NCBI GenBank assembly: GCA_020148045.1
Contig: JAHCRG010000006.1
Span: 73,909 to 137,908, forward strand
Direction of reading: 5' to 3'
From: Patescibacteria group bacterium
GTDB taxonomy: Bacteria > Patescibacteriota > Minisyncoccia > Minisyncoccales > GWA2-38-27
DNA length: 64,000 bases
Translations under genes and position numbers: made by a program
Part shown: one piece after another, positions 24,382 to 36,527 of the stretch
Layout: every line of letters begins with the position of its first letter
Position numbering within the stretch: position 1 is the stretch's first letter
The notes under the pieces: model-generated
Told to the model about the DNA's origin: nothing
Database searches by the model: none
Seen by the model: only the letters and a program-made list of their open reading frames with translations

Positions 24382-24861
24382 ATGTTTCCGACGATACTTT
24401 TGATAGTTCTGATAACCTGTATGGTGTTATCCATTGGTTGTTATTACTGGCTTAAGAAAGAGAAGGATACACCGCTTTTTTTAGCAATTATTTCCGCAGC
24501 CCTCTTGGTGGTGTTAATAGTTATCTGGTTACCTATTTACTGTACAACCCTTGCCGGTCTCGCTGAAATGGAAGCCTTTTTTGAAGCAACTAAAAGTGCT
24601 TACGAATATACCATTACCGCTACTCAGAAATTGGAAATAAAAGCAGTGAGCACTGATAAACCTTCTTTAGAAGTACTGGACATAGGAGAGTTAGCCTATC
24701 AAAAGCTTGGTTCCATAGCAAGCGAAAGGATAAAAGAGTTTCGGAATAAGGCGGAATGGTACAATGGAAAATTGAAAAGATACGAACGATGGAATCGTTT
24801 CTGGTTTACTGAAGGATTCGTGGTCGATGTTCCAGAAGAGCTGAAGTTGATAGTTCTTTAG
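24382..24861 (+). CDS. two-TM membrane protein of unknown function
   Basis: TM helices ILLIVLITCMVLSIGCYYWL and LFLAIISAALLVVLIVIWLPIY. SD GAAAGGAGAAAG. Has its own promoter and terminator. Confidence 0.6.
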   Translation: MFPTILLIVLITCMVLSIGCYYWLKKEKDTPLFLAIISAALLVVLIVIWLPIYCTTLAGLAEMEAFFEATKSAYEYTITATQKLEIKAVSTDKPSLEVLDIGELAYQKLGSIASERIKEFRNKAEWYNGKLKRYERWNRFWFTEGFVVDVPEELKLIVL

Positions 24862-24890
24862 TGATGGAAGCATCCGTCAAAAACTTAATA

Positions 24891-24915
24891 GTCGTCTCAA
24901 AGAGGCGACTTTTTT
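24891..24915 (+). terminator. rho-independent terminator
   Basis: GTCGTCTC-AAA-GAGGCGAC followed by TTTTTT. Confidence 0.7.
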
Positions 24916-24925
24916 ATTCGCTTTT

Positions 24926-24954
24926 TTATCCACATAATTAGCTTGATTTTAAGG
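24926..24954 (+). repeat. 29-bp direct repeat, copy 2 (contains the pheS promoter -35)
   Basis: Identical to 24165..24193. Confidence 0.9.
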
Positions 24955-24971
24955 TGATTTTGGGGTAAAAT
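24943..24971 (+). promoter_or_regulatory. pheS promoter TTGATT-17-TAAAAT, 6 nt before the ATG (leaderless-type)
   Basis: -35 at 24943..24948 (inside the direct repeat), -10 at 24966..24971, ATG at 24978. Confidence 0.5.
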
Positions 24972-24977
24972 GAAGGA

Positions 24978-25760
24978 ATGAAGAAGCCGCTTAAAATTGA
25001 GACCAAAGGAGATAAAATTGATGTTACTGTGCCTGGAGAAAAGCATGAGATTGGACATTTGCATCCTTTGACTTTGGTTAAGAGAAAAATTGAAGAGATT
25101 TTCCGGGCAATGGGTTTTTCAGTAATTGAAGGTCCTGAAATTGAAAATGAATGGTATAATTTTGATGCTTTAAATATTCCAAAAGACCATCCAGCTAGAG
25201 ACCTTTGGGACACTTTTTATTTAAAGAATAGATTTCTTTTAAGGACTCATACCTCACCAGTTCAGATTCGCTATATGGAAAAGAATAACCCTCCTTTTAG
25301 GATTATTGTGCCTGGAAGGATTTTTAGGCACGAAGCAACTGATGCCAGTCATGAGATTAACTTTTATCAAATAGAGGGATTAATGGTTGGAAAAGATATT
25401 TCAGCAGCTAACTTCAAAGCAATTATTCAGGAGTTTCTTTCAAGGTTTTTTGGAAAAAAGATTAAAGCTCGCTTAAGGCCAAGCTTTTTCCCTTTCACAG
25501 AGCCATCTTTTGAAGTAGATATGACTTGTTTGCTTTGTGGAGGAAAAGGATGTAGTGCTTGTTCAAGAACTGGCTGGATGGAATTAGTAGGAGCTGGAAT
25601 GGTTCATCCGAATGTTTTAAAAGCAGGCGGTATTAATCCTAAGAATTGGCAGGGATTTGCTTTTGGGATGGGAATGGATAGATTAGCTATGATGAAGTAT
25701 AAGATAAATGATGTCAGATTATTTTATTCAGGAGATTTAAGGTTTTTACAACAATTCTAA
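24978..25760 (+). CDS. pheS: phenylalanyl-tRNA synthetase alpha subunit (short, no N-terminal coiled coil)
   Basis: HPLT......IF..MGF....[21 protein letters not shown]; [32 protein letters not shown]. Confidence 0.9.
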   Translation: MKKPLKIETKGDKIDVTVPGEKHEIGHLHPLTLVKRKIEEIFRAMGFSVIEGPEIENEWYNFDALNIPKDHPARDLWDTFYLKNRFLLRTHTSPVQIRYMEKNNPPFRIIVPGRIFRHEATDASHEINFYQIEGLMVGKDISAANFKAIIQEFLSRFFGKKIKARLRPSFFPFTEPSFEVDMTCLLCGGKGCSACSRTGWMELVGAGMVHPNVLKAGGINPKNWQGFAFGMGMDRLAMMKYKINDVRLFYSGDLRFLQQF

Positions 25761-25761
25761 T

Positions 25762-27756
25762 ATGATTTTTTCCTACAATTGGCTAAAAGATTATACTAAA
25801 CTACCTAAACCAGACAAGCTGGTAGAGCTTTTAACTATGCACAGCTTTGAAGTTGAAGAAGTAAAGAAAGCAGGCAAAGACTATATTTTAGACATTGATG
25901 TTCTGCCAAATAGAAGTCATGACTGTTTGTGTCATTGGGGAGTAGCAAGGGAGATATCAGCTATAACAGATAAAGATTTAGAACCATTAAAAAGGAAGAA
26001 AATAAAGAAAGAAAAAGGGGAAATTAAACCGATTAGTTTAAAAATTAAATGTCCTAAATTAGTTCCTCGTTATTCAGCAATTATAGTGGAAGGAGTGAAA
26101 GTTGGTTCATCTCCAAAATGGTTGAAAGAGAGAATAGAATCGGTAGGTCTGCGTTCTATTAATAATATTGTTGATTTGACTAATTATGTGATGCTAGAGA
26201 CAGGTCAGCCATTACATGCTTTTGATTATGAGAAGATTAAAAGTAGTCAGATGGTTTTACGAAAATCAAAAAAAGGAGAAAAACTAGTTACTTTAGATGA
26301 CAGTAGACACACTTTAGATGAAGGAATGCTTGTTATTGAAGATAGAAATAGATTGATTGATTTGGTAGGTATTATGGGTGGAAAGTTAAGTGAAACCAGT
26401 TCTACAACAAAAAATATTGTTCTCCAAGCAGGAAACTTTGATAGACAAACAATTTACAAAACCGCAAGAAAATTAAATCATCGAACCGAGGCATCAAACA
26501 TATATTCTCAGGGTATAGATCCTAATTTAACAATCTCTACTTTAGAGAGAGTGTGTTTTCTTTTAACAAAACTTGGTGGCGGTAAGATAGTTCAGATAAC
26601 TGATATCTATCCAAGAAAAGTTCAACCAAAGAAAATAAAATTAGATTTAAAATATGTTGAGAGATTATTGGGAATAAGAATTTCTGCAAAACAAGTAAAA
26701 AATATTCTTGAGAGATTAGGATTTAAATATGCTAATAACATAGTAGAAGTTCCTAGTTTTAGAATGGATGTTTCTTTGCAGGAGGATTTAATTGAGGAAA
26801 TTGGTAGGATTTATGGATATAAGAAAGTTTCAGCTACTTTTCCTGTTGTTTCTTTAATTCCGCCAAAAAGGAATTTTGAGATTTTTTGGGAAGATATCAC
26901 CAAAAATATTTTAAAAGAAGGTGGATTTACCGAAGTTTATAACTATTCTTTTATCGGAAAAAAGGAAGCCGAGATTTTTAAATATAAAAGTAAAGAGATA
27001 ATTGAGGTGGAGAACCCGATGAGCGTGGAACAGAAATATTTAAGGCCGAGCTTAATTCCCAATTTGCTCAAGAATGTAATAGATAATTTCAGGTATTTTA
27101 ACAAGATTAAGATTTTTGAGTTGGGGAAAATATTTAGAGAGCAGGAAAAACGGATGTTAAGTGGATTAATTGCTCAAAAGCAAGGGAAAGCTGAGTTTTA
27201 TAGGTTAAAAGGAATAGTTGATTCATTGCTGAGTAAGCTTGGGATAAGCAATGTTTGGTATGATGAGTACAAGCCAACTCCTGAACAAAGCAAGATTTCT
27301 ATTTGGCAGAAAGGGAAGTGTGCCGAGATTAAGGTTGATGGGCAGGAAATCGGATTCTTAGGGGAGATTTCTTCAAGAATATTTAAAAAAACTAAAGTGG
27401 TTGTATTTGATATTGATTTTGAAGAATTAGCAAAACTTTGTTCTGAAGAGCATGAGTATCAGCCAATTTCTCAGTATCCGGCAGCTATTCGGGATTTAGC
27501 TGTCCTGGTGCCAATGAATATTAAGGTTGTAGATGTTTTAAATAAAATTAATATAGCAGGCGGGGCTTTAATCAGAGACGTTGACCTTTTTGATATTTAT
27601 GAAGGAGAAGGTATCCCGCAAGGGAAAAAGAATTTGGCTTTCCATATAATTTATCAGGCAGAGGATAGAACTCTAAAGGCCAAAGAAATAGACAAAATAC
27701 AAAATAAAATTATTAAAGTATTAGAATCTGAAGTAAATTGGGAGGTAAGGCGCTAA
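25762..27756 (+). CDS. pheT: phenylalanyl-tRNA synthetase beta subunit (664 aa, short form)
   Basis: MIFSYNWLKDY; B3/4 region NNIVD.TNYVMLE.GQPLHAFD; B5 and FDX-ACB-like C-terminus (YPA.IRDLA..V). Confidence 0.85.
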   Translation: MIFSYNWLKDYTKLPKPDKLVELLTMHSFEVEEVKKAGKDYILDIDVLPNRSHDCLCHWGVAREISAITDKDLEPLKRKKIKKEKGEIKPISLKIKCPKLVPRYSAIIVEGVKVGSSPKWLKERIESVGLRSINNIVDLTNYVMLETGQPLHAFDYEKIKSSQMVLRKSKKGEKLVTLDDSRHTLDEGMLVIEDRNRLIDLVGIMGGKLSETSSTTKNIVLQAGNFDRQTIYKTARKLNHRTEASNIYSQGIDPNLTISTLERVCFLLTKLGGGKIVQITDIYPRKVQPKKIKLDLKYVERLLGIRISAKQVKNILERLGFKYANNIVEVPSFRMDVSLQEDLIEEIGRIYGYKKVSATFPVVSLIPPKRNFEIFWEDITKNILKEGGFTEVYNYSFIGKKEAEIFKYKSKEIIEVENPMSVEQKYLRPSLIPNLLKNVIDNFRYFNKIKIFELGKIFREQEKRMLSGLIAQKQGKAEFYRLKGIVDSLLSKLGISNVWYDEYKPTPEQSKISIWQKGKCAEIKVDGQEIGFLGEISSRIFKKTKVVVFDIDFEELAKLCSEEHEYQPISQYPAAIRDLAVLVPMNIKVVDVLNKINIAGGALIRDVDLFDIYEGEGIPQGKKNLAFHIIYQAEDRTLKAKEIDKIQNKIIKVLESEVNWEVRR

Positions 27757-29721
<1,965 letters not shown>

Positions 29722-29745
29722 ATTTTTCTCGGCTAATCTAAAATT

Positions 29746-29946
29746 ATGAAAATCAGCAATCTTCCCTCAAAAATCATCGCATTTCTTAAAGAAGTAAGAT
29801 TAGAAATGAAAAAAGTTAACTGGCCCACCAGAAAGGAAACTATAAAATACACTTTAGTTGTTATTGGAGTTTCGGCTGGAGTGGCTATTTTTTTAGGTGG
29901 GTTAGATTTTATTTTTACAACGATATTAAATAAATTTATACTCTAA
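29746..29946 (+). CDS. secE: preprotein translocase subunit SecE
   Basis: 66 aa; E..KV.WPTRKET...T.VVI plus one TM; directly precedes nusG. Confidence 0.8.
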   Translation: MKISNLPSKIIAFLKEVRLEMKKVNWPTRKETIKYTLVVIGVSAGVAIFLGGLDFIFTTILNKFIL

Positions 29947-30491
29947 TGCCCAAACAGAAATTACCACAACAAAAGAATTGGTATGTTATTCACACTTATT
30001 CTGGCTACGAAGACGCAGTTGCTAAAAACCTAAGGCAAAGGGTTGAGTCTTTGGGTATGGAAGATAAAATTTTTGATGTTTTGGTGCCAAAAGAAAAAAA
30101 GATTAAAATTAAAAGTGGCAAAAGAAAAACAGTTGAGGAAAAAATCTATCCAGGTTATGTGCTGGTTGAAATGATTGTTACTGATGATTCCTGGTATGTT
30201 GTTAGAAATACCCCAAACGTAACTGGTTTTGTTGGGGTGGGCACTACGCCAGTGCCAATTTCACCAAAAGAAATTAAAGTTTTGAAAGAAAGAACTGGTG
30301 TTGAGACGCCTCAATATAAGATTGAAGTAAAAGTAGGGGATTCAGTAAAGATTGTTGATGGCCCCTTTAAAGATTTTGATGGAAGAGTTTCAGAAGTTGA
30401 TGAGGAGCGAGGAAAGGTTAAGGTAATGGTTAATATGTTTGGTAGGGATACACCAGTTGAGTTGGATTCTCTTCAAATAAAGAAACTGTAA
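29946..30491 (+). CDS. nusG: transcription termination/antitermination factor NusG
   Basis: WYV.HTYSGYE..V..NL; KOW motif GD.V.I.DGPF..F.G.V.EVD.E.GK.KV.V..FGR.TPVEL. Confidence 0.9.
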   Translation: MPKQKLPQQKNWYVIHTYSGYEDAVAKNLRQRVESLGMEDKIFDVLVPKEKKIKIKSGKRKTVEEKIYPGYVLVEMIVTDDSWYVVRNTPNVTGFVGVGTTPVPISPKEIKVLKERTGVETPQYKIEVKVGDSVKIVDGPFKDFDGRVSEVDEERGKVKVMVNMFGRDTPVELDSLQIKKL

Positions 30492-30495
30492 AATT

Positions 30496-30921
30496 ATGCC
30501 CAAGAAAGTAATTGCCGTTGTCAAATTACAAATTCCAGCCGGCCAGGCAACTCCTGCTCCTCCGGTAGGACCAGCTTTGGCCCAGCATGGACTAAATATT
30601 GCTGAGTTTTGTCAGAAGTTCAATGATGCAACAAAAAATCAAACAGGTTTTACTGTGCCAGTAGAGATTACAGTTTACGGAGATAGAACTTATAGTTTCA
30701 AGACAAAACAACCCCCAGCTGCAGAACTTTTAAAAAAGGCAGCTGCGGTTGAAAAGGGCTCTGGTGAGCCCAACAAAACCAAAGTTGCTAAAATTACCAG
30801 AAGCCAATTAAGAGAAATCGCCCAAAAGAAAATGCCGGATTTAAACACTGATAATATTGAACAGGCAATGAAAATAATTGAAGGAACAGCCAAAAATATG
30901 GGAATTGAAGTAGGAAAATAA
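30496..30921 (+). CDS. rplK: 50S ribosomal protein L11
   Basis: [31 protein letters not shown]; [17 protein letters not shown]. Confidence 0.95.
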   Translation: MPKKVIAVVKLQIPAGQATPAPPVGPALAQHGLNIAEFCQKFNDATKNQTGFTVPVEITVYGDRTYSFKTKQPPAAELLKKAAAVEKGSGEPNKTKVAKITRSQLREIAQKKMPDLNTDNIEQAMKIIEGTAKNMGIEVGK

Positions 30922-30932
30922 TTTTTTATTAC

Positions 30933-31454
30933 ATGGAAGAATCCCCAAAAATAAATAATAAACAATCTAAATATATTCGCCCGACGTGGGATAAGTATTT
31001 TTTAGCTTTATTAGAACCATTAGGCAAAAGGGGAACTTGCGATCGAGGTCGTAGCGGCGCAGTTATTGTAAGTCCGGGGAATACTATTTTGGCTACGGGG
31101 TATGTGGGGGCGCCACCGGGTCAGCCGCATTGCGATGAGGTTGGGCATATGATGAGAACGGTAATTGATGAGAAGAACGGGAATAAATCTCAACACTGCG
31201 TGAGAACGCTGCATGCCGAAGAAAACGCCATTTTGCAGTGCGCTAAAGACGGGATAAAGCTTGAGGGAGCGACAATTTATTGCAAGATGGTTCCTTGTTA
31301 TAACTGCGCCATGAGAATAGTGCGCGTAGGTGTAAAGAGGGTGGTAGCACAAAAAAGATATCACGCAGATCAGTTGTCAGTGGAATTATTTAAAAGTGCC
31401 GGCGTTAAAATATCCATAGTTGATAACACAATGGAAAAATACGCCCGACAATAA
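30933..31454 (+). CDS. dCMP (deoxycytidylate) deaminase
   Basis: CDA zinc motifs HAEENAI and PCYNCA; WDKYF...A......R..C.R...GAVIV. Visibly GC-richer than its neighbours. Confidence 0.85.
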   Translation: MEESPKINNKQSKYIRPTWDKYFLALLEPLGKRGTCDRGRSGAVIVSPGNTILATGYVGAPPGQPHCDEVGHMMRTVIDEKNGNKSQHCVRTLHAEENAILQCAKDGIKLEGATIYCKMVPCYNCAMRIVRVGVKRVVAQKRYHADQLSVELFKSAGVKISIVDNTMEKYARQ

Positions 31455-31455
31455 A

Positions 31456-32169
31456 ATGCTCAAAAATCAATATCCGGGAAAATTTATTGTTATTGAAGGC
31501 CTTGATGGATCGGGAAAATCAACCCAATCTAACTTATTAGTTAAAAGCTTAAGAAAGAAAGGATATAAAGTAGCAACAATTGATTTCCCTCGACATGGTG
31601 AGAAACCAGCCTGGTTCGTTGACGAGTATTTAAGAGGAAAATACGGCACTGCAGAAGAAGTGGGACCTTATAGAGGTTCTATTTTTTATGCTTGTGATAG
31701 ATACGATGCTGGTTTCAAAATAAGGAAATGGTTAAAAGAGGGGAAAATAGTTATCGCTGATAGATATCTTGCCTCAAATATTGGCCATCAAGGGGGTAAG
31801 ATAAAAGATAAAAAAGAAAGAAAAAAATATTTTGACTGGCTTTACAATTTGGAATACGGAATCTTAGAAATTCCTAGGCCTGACTACACTTTAATTCTTA
31901 AGACATCTCCTAAATTTTCTTTAAAATTGGCTCATAAAATAACTGACAAAGAAAAGAAAGCAAGAAGAAAAGCTTATTTAGGAAAAAGGAAAAGAGATAT
32001 TCATGAAAAGGACAAAAAACATTTGGCAGATGCTTTAAAATCGTATTTACACGCAGCTAAAGAATTTCCGAGGGAGTTTAAAGTTATAGAATGTATAAAA
32101 GGAGGAAAGTTATTATCTCCCAAAATAATCCATCAAGAAATTTGGAAAATAATTAAAAAAATTCTATAA
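31456..32169 (+). CDS. tmk: thymidylate kinase
   Basis: GKFIVIEGLDGSGKSTQ P-loop; ADRY..S..HQG. Start at 31456, 1 nt after the deaminase stop. Confidence 0.85.
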   Translation: MLKNQYPGKFIVIEGLDGSGKSTQSNLLVKSLRKKGYKVATIDFPRHGEKPAWFVDEYLRGKYGTAEEVGPYRGSIFYACDRYDAGFKIRKWLKEGKIVIADRYLASNIGHQGGKIKDKKERKKYFDWLYNLEYGILEIPRPDYTLILKTSPKFSLKLAHKITDKEKKARRKAYLGKRKRDIHEKDKKHLADALKSYLHAAKEFPREFKVIECIKGGKLLSPKIIHQEIWKIIKKIL

Positions 32170-32170
32170 A

Positions 32171-33832
32171 ATGGAACTTGAAAAGTTTGCTCCTCTTTCT
32201 GAAAAATTAGAGCTTTCTGAAAAAGACCGTTACTCGCTTCAGCCCTTTTTTACTAATTTAGATAAGTCAGTGTTTGCCGTGACCTTTTTGCCACCAGAGG
32301 TAATCGGCGCTTTATGCTCAAGGACAAGCAGGGCAAAAGAGGACTTGAGAACTATTTTTTTAAATGAGTTTATAAAGCCGTTTTTGCAAAAAGAAAATGA
32401 ATATGGAAAATCTTTGAATGCTCTAATTGATTTTTTGCACAAATATCCAATAGAACTAATCTTTTCAAATCCTAAAGGACGAGAATTTTATATCAAATGG
32501 CTTGCCCAATTTGGCGATGATTCGATCGCTCAAATGGCCGGCACCCATCTTATTTATTCAGCTCTTTCCCAGGTTACGATAAAGCACTTTGAGGATATGC
32601 GTCTTGGCATTGCTCCTATTGAGAAATCAACCCGTTATGTTGATTATTCATCTAAGATTGACAACCATTATCGTTACTATATTGACCCAACTTTAGAAAA
32701 GATGGGCTTGATTGAAGAATATAGAGGAGTAATGGATGGTCTTTTTGAAACATATAGTTCATTATTAGAAAAATACTTTGAGTATCTGAAAAAACATTAT
32801 CCTGAAGAAAAAGAAAGTTTACTAAAAACAAAGACATTTGATACTATCCGGAAAATTTTGCCCACAGCAACTCTTAGCCAAATTTCTTTTTTTGGAAATG
32901 GCCAGGCCTTTGAATATTTAATAAACAGGTCTTTAAATCACAAATTAGGAGAAATACGTTGGGCAGGCCAAAGAGCTTTTGAGGAATTAAGCAAGATTAT
33001 CCCTGCTTTTTTGAGGAGAGTAGAAAGCGAGGATTCTCAAAAATACAGAACATATTTATCAGAAAGAGGAAGTAGAGTTCAAGAAGCACTCAAGCAAATT
33101 AACTGGCGGAAAGAAAAGACATCTTCTGAAGCTCCGGTTAGATTGCTTGAGTATGATTCAGATGGTGAAAACAAGATAATTGCCAGCCTACTTTATTTAG
33201 AGCTTCACGAGCCCTACGAACAAGTCCTTCAAAAAGTAAGACGTTTATCAACTGCAGATAAGGAAAAAATTCTCCAGGAAGTTTTAAAAGATAGAAAGTT
33301 TAAATACTATAAAATTCCCAGAGCTTTTGAAAATGCTTATTTAAAGTTTGAAATTTTAATGAATATTGGTGCCTGGCGCGACTTGCACCGTCATCGTATC
33401 CATACTCAGTATAGAGAAAGATTCAATGTTTATAATGGGTTTGATATACCAGAAGAGCTTAAAGAGGCAAGTCTTGATAGAGAATTTAGTGAGGCAGTTT
33501 CAAGAGTTGCTGAATTATTCCAAAAAGTGGAAAAAGTTGACCCAGATGTTGCTCAATATTGCTGTGCTCTTGGGCACCGGATTAGATTTATTCAATATCA
33601 GAATTTGAGGTCTTTCTTTTGGGAGACAGAACTTAGAACTATTCCAGAAGGACATCCTGATTATCGGAGAATAGAGCAAGAGAAAATAAGGTTAGTTCAA
33701 AAAATCTATCCTTTGATTGGAAAATATCTTTTGGTTGATATGGGAAGTTATGATTTTGCTCGGCGCAAAGCTTCAGAGAAAATCGAAAAGAAAGAAAAAG
33801 AATTAAAACAATATTTCCAACAAAAATCATGA
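32171..33832 (+). CDS. thyX: ThyX-like FAD-dependent thymidylate synthase, long form (553 aa)
   Basis: HRHRIHTQ (the RHR of the ThyX motif) in the C-terminal third; N-terminal [11 protein letters not shown]. Context with dCMP deaminase and tmk. Confidence 0.55.
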   Translation: MELEKFAPLSEKLELSEKDRYSLQPFFTNLDKSVFAVTFLPPEVIGALCSRTSRAKEDLRTIFLNEFIKPFLQKENEYGKSLNALIDFLHKYPIELIFSNPKGREFYIKWLAQFGDDSIAQMAGTHLIYSALSQVTIKHFEDMRLGIAPIEKSTRYVDYSSKIDNHYRYYIDPTLEKMGLIEEYRGVMDGLFETYSSLLEKYFEYLKKHYPEEKESLLKTKTFDTIRKILPTATLSQISFFGNGQAFEYLINRSLNHKLGEIRWAGQRAFEELSKIIPAFLRRVESEDSQKYRTYLSERGSRVQEALKQINWRKEKTSSEAPVRLLEYDSDGENKIIASLLYLELHEPYEQVLQKVRRLSTADKEKILQEVLKDRKFKYYKIPRAFENAYLKFEILMNIGAWRDLHRHRIHTQYRERFNVYNGFDIPEELKEASLDREFSEAVSRVAELFQKVEKVDPDVAQYCCALGHRIRFIQYQNLRSFFWETELRTIPEGHPDYRRIEQEKIRLVQKIYPLIGKYLLVDMGSYDFARRKASEKIEKKEKELKQYFQQKS

Positions 33833-35289
33833 AATATAATCCTATTGTAGGTTTAGAAATACATGTAGAGCTTAAAACAAAGAGCAAAATGTTTTGTTCT
33901 TGCAAGAATGACCCGAATGAAAGACATCCCAATGTCAATATTTGTCCAATATGTACTGCCCAACCAGGAAGCTTGCCAGTTATAAACGGAGAAGCAGTAA
34001 GAAAAACAATAAAAACTGGCTTGGCTTTGAATTGTAAAATTCCCGAGACCTCCAAATTTGATAGAAAAAACTATTTTTACCCTGATTTACCAAAGGGATA
34101 CCAGATATCTCAATATGATAAGCCATTCTGTAAAAACGGATATTTGGAAATCGGGGAAAAGAAAATTAGAATCACGAGAGTTCATTTAGAAGAAGATACT
34201 GGCAGATTGATTCACTCTGGAGACAGCTCTTTAGTTGATTTTAACAGAGCTGGTATTCCTTTAATGGAATTAGTTACAGAGCCGGATTTAAATTCAGCTA
34301 AAGAGGCAAGGAGGTTTGCTGAAGAACTACAATTAATTTTAAGATATCTCGGGGTCTCTGATGCTGATATGGAAAAAGCACAACTGCGAGTTGAAGTTAA
34401 TATTAGTTTAAGTCAGGGTCAGAAATTAGGCACGAAAGTAGAAATTAAAAATTTAAATTCATTCAGGGCAGTAGAGCGAGCAATTGATTATGAAGTTGAA
34501 AGACAAACAGAAATTTTAGACAAAGGGAAGAAAGTTGTTCAGGAAACTCGGGGTTGGGATGAAACAAAAGGAATAACAGTGAGCCAGAGAGAAAAAGAAG
34601 AAGCTCACGATTATAGGTATTTCCCGGAGCCGGATTTACCGACCCTTCATTTAGATAAAAAGTTTATTCAGGAGATTAAAGTAGAGATTCCCGAACTTCC
34701 TCAACAGAGGAGAGGGAGATTGGCTCAGGAATATAATTTGGATGAGAAATCTATTGAAATCTTCACTTTTTATAAATATCTTGGTGAGTATTTTGAAAAA
34801 GTAATGTCAGAACTTAGAAACTGGGTAAAAGAAATAGAAACAAAAGAAAAAGTTGGAAAAGAAGAATTCTTGGAATTAACCAAGTTTGCTGTAAATTACA
34901 TTATTACAGGTTTACAAGGACTACTTAAAAGAGCCTCAGTTATTGAAGGGGACTTCTTAATTACTCCAGAGAATTTTGCTGAATTTGTTACTTTGATTTA
35001 TGAAGGTAGAATTTCAAGCAAGATTGCCAAGACGGTTTTGGAAGAAATGTTTAAGACCGGAGCTGACCCCTCTCATATTATTGAAGAGAAAGGTTTAACT
35101 CAATTAACTGACACAGGAGAGATTGAGAAAATTATAAAAGAGGTGATTTCAAAAAATCCAAAAGCAATTAAAGATTATAAAAAAGGAAAAGAAAATGCCC
35201 TCCAGTTTTTGGTAGGGCAGGTGATGGCTGCCACCCGCGGCCGCGCCAAACCCGATACTGTCCAGCAGTTATTGAAGAAATTTCTTTGA
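33829..35289 (+). CDS. gatB: Asp/Glu-tRNA amidotransferase subunit B
   Basis: GLE.HVEL.T.SKMFCSC; CP.C...PG.LPV.N; [18 protein letters not shown]; VHLEEDTG. Confidence 0.95.
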   Translation: MKYNPIVGLEIHVELKTKSKMFCSCKNDPNERHPNVNICPICTAQPGSLPVINGEAVRKTIKTGLALNCKIPETSKFDRKNYFYPDLPKGYQISQYDKPFCKNGYLEIGEKKIRITRVHLEEDTGRLIHSGDSSLVDFNRAGIPLMELVTEPDLNSAKEARRFAEELQLILRYLGVSDADMEKAQLRVEVNISLSQGQKLGTKVEIKNLNSFRAVERAIDYEVERQTEILDKGKKVVQETRGWDETKGITVSQREKEEAHDYRYFPEPDLPTLHLDKKFIQEIKVEIPELPQQRRGRLAQEYNLDEKSIEIFTFYKYLGEYFEKVMSELRNWVKEIETKEKVGKEEFLELTKFAVNYIITGLQGLLKRASVIEGDFLITPENFAEFVTLIYEGRISSKIAKTVLEEMFKTGADPSHIIEEKGLTQLTDTGEIEKIIKEVISKNPKAIKDYKKGKENALQFLVGQVMAATRGRAKPDTVQQLLKKFL

Positions 35290-36156
35290 GAGTTTTTCTG
35301 CTTGGGAGTGGGTTTTTATCCAGTGGATTCGGTGGTCGCGCTTGAACCAGGTCATCTGTCTCTTGGCAAAATGTTCACTTTCTTTTTGAATTTTTTCCAC
35401 CATTTCATCATAAGTTATTTTCTTCTGAAGATATTGAGCAATATATTTATATTCCAAGCCAAATTCTTCCAAACGTTTCCAGGAAAGCCCTGATTTTTTC
35501 AATCTTTTAATTTCAGCTATCATCCCAATCTTTAACCTTTTTAATAATCTTTTTCTTATTAGTTCTCTAAGCTCATTAGGGCTTTTTTTGATTCCTATTA
35601 TTAAAACCTCAAATTGAAAAGGTTTCTTTTTTAATAAGGGAACCGGCTTTTTAGTTTTAATAATAATCTCAAGAGCCCTTATTAATCTTCTTTTGTTTTT
35701 GCTTTCAATAGTTTTAGCTCTACGTTTATCAAGTTTTTCTAGCATTTTAAAAAGTTCTTGGATACTTTTTTTCTCAAGCTTTTTTCTCAATTTCCAGTCC
35801 GGCTTTACTTCAGGGATAACAATTCCATCAACTACTGCCTGGATATAAAAACCAGTCCCTCCCACTAAAAAAGGGATTTTCTTTTTTTTATGGATTTTTT
35901 TTATTGCCTTCAAGGCCAGTTTTTGATACTGGACAACAGTAAATCTTCTTTTTGGGGAAGCCACATCTAAAAGATAGTGAAGGATACCTTTCATTTCTTT
36001 TTTTGTTACTTTGCCAGTTCCAATATCCATGCCTTTATATACTTGTCGTGAGTCAGCTGAAACAACCTCACCATTGAGCTTCTTAGCGAGCTTAATTGAC
36101 AAATCTGTCTTGCCTGAAGCTGTTGGTCCCACAATAACGATTAATTTGCTTGACAT
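35269..36156 (-). CDS. miaA: tRNA dimethylallyltransferase
   Basis: [41 protein letters not shown]. Start MSSKL at 36156; the tracked ORF extends upstream to 36219. Confidence 0.9.
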   Translation of the reverse strand: MSSKLIVIVGPTASGKTDLSIKLAKKLNGEVVSADSRQVYKGMDIGTGKVTKKEMKGILHYLLDVASPKRRFTVVQYQKLALKAIKKIHKKKKIPFLVGGTGFYIQAVVDGIVIPEVKPDWKLRKKLEKKSIQELFKMLEKLDKRRAKTIESKNKRRLIRALEIIIKTKKPVPLLKKKPFQFEVLIIGIKKSPNELRELIRKRLLKRLKIGMIAEIKRLKKSGLSWKRLEEFGLEYKYIAQYLQKKITYDEMVEKIQKESEHFAKRQMTWFKRDHRIHWIKTHSQAEKLSKKFLQ

Positions 36157-36230
36157 ATTTTTTAAATATATTATATTTAAATTAGAACCCTTAAAATTAA
36201 TATAATGATTAAAATACAAGGAGATAGAAA

Positions 36231-36485
36231 ATGACGGCTTTAATCTGGATTATTGTGATACTTCTCGCTCTTCCCTGGTTTGCTTGTGTTGTTTATAGTC
36301 AGTTCTTTTGGTTTTTCTTATGGTTAACTCTTGCTTTTTTGTTTGCGAAGTTTTTTATTTGGATTTTCCGCATAAAGAACGAAGCAGTTGCAGAGTTATT
36401 TGGGGGGATTGGGCTTATCATTGCGATGATTATGGTTAGTTATCCTTGGAAGTGGATGAACGATTTATTATCTTTTAACTTTTAG
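36231..36485 (+). CDS. small (84 aa) three-TM membrane protein, unknown function
   Basis: SD CAAGGAGAT 7 nt upstream; hydrophobic throughout; followed by a terminator. Confidence 0.5.
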   Translation: MTALIWIIVILLALPWFACVVYSQFFWFFLWLTLAFLFAKFFIWIFRIKNEAVAELFGGIGLIIAMIMVSYPWKWMNDLLSFNF

Positions 36486-36503
36486 GCCGCTATATAAGCG
36501 TAG

Positions 36504-36527
36504 GCCGCTATATAAGCGGCTTTTTTT
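36504..36527. terminator. terminator hairpin GCCGC-TATATAA-GCGGC plus T7, inside an 18-bp tandem duplication (36483..36518)
   Basis: TAGGCCGCTATATAAGCG occurs twice in tandem. The T run overlaps the stop of the convergent miaB gene. Confidence 0.7.

Noticed and set aside
31020-31364. 114-aa minus-strand ORF inside the dCMP deaminase gene
   Set aside because: It is open only because the segment is GC-rich. The plus strand has clear CDA zinc motifs.
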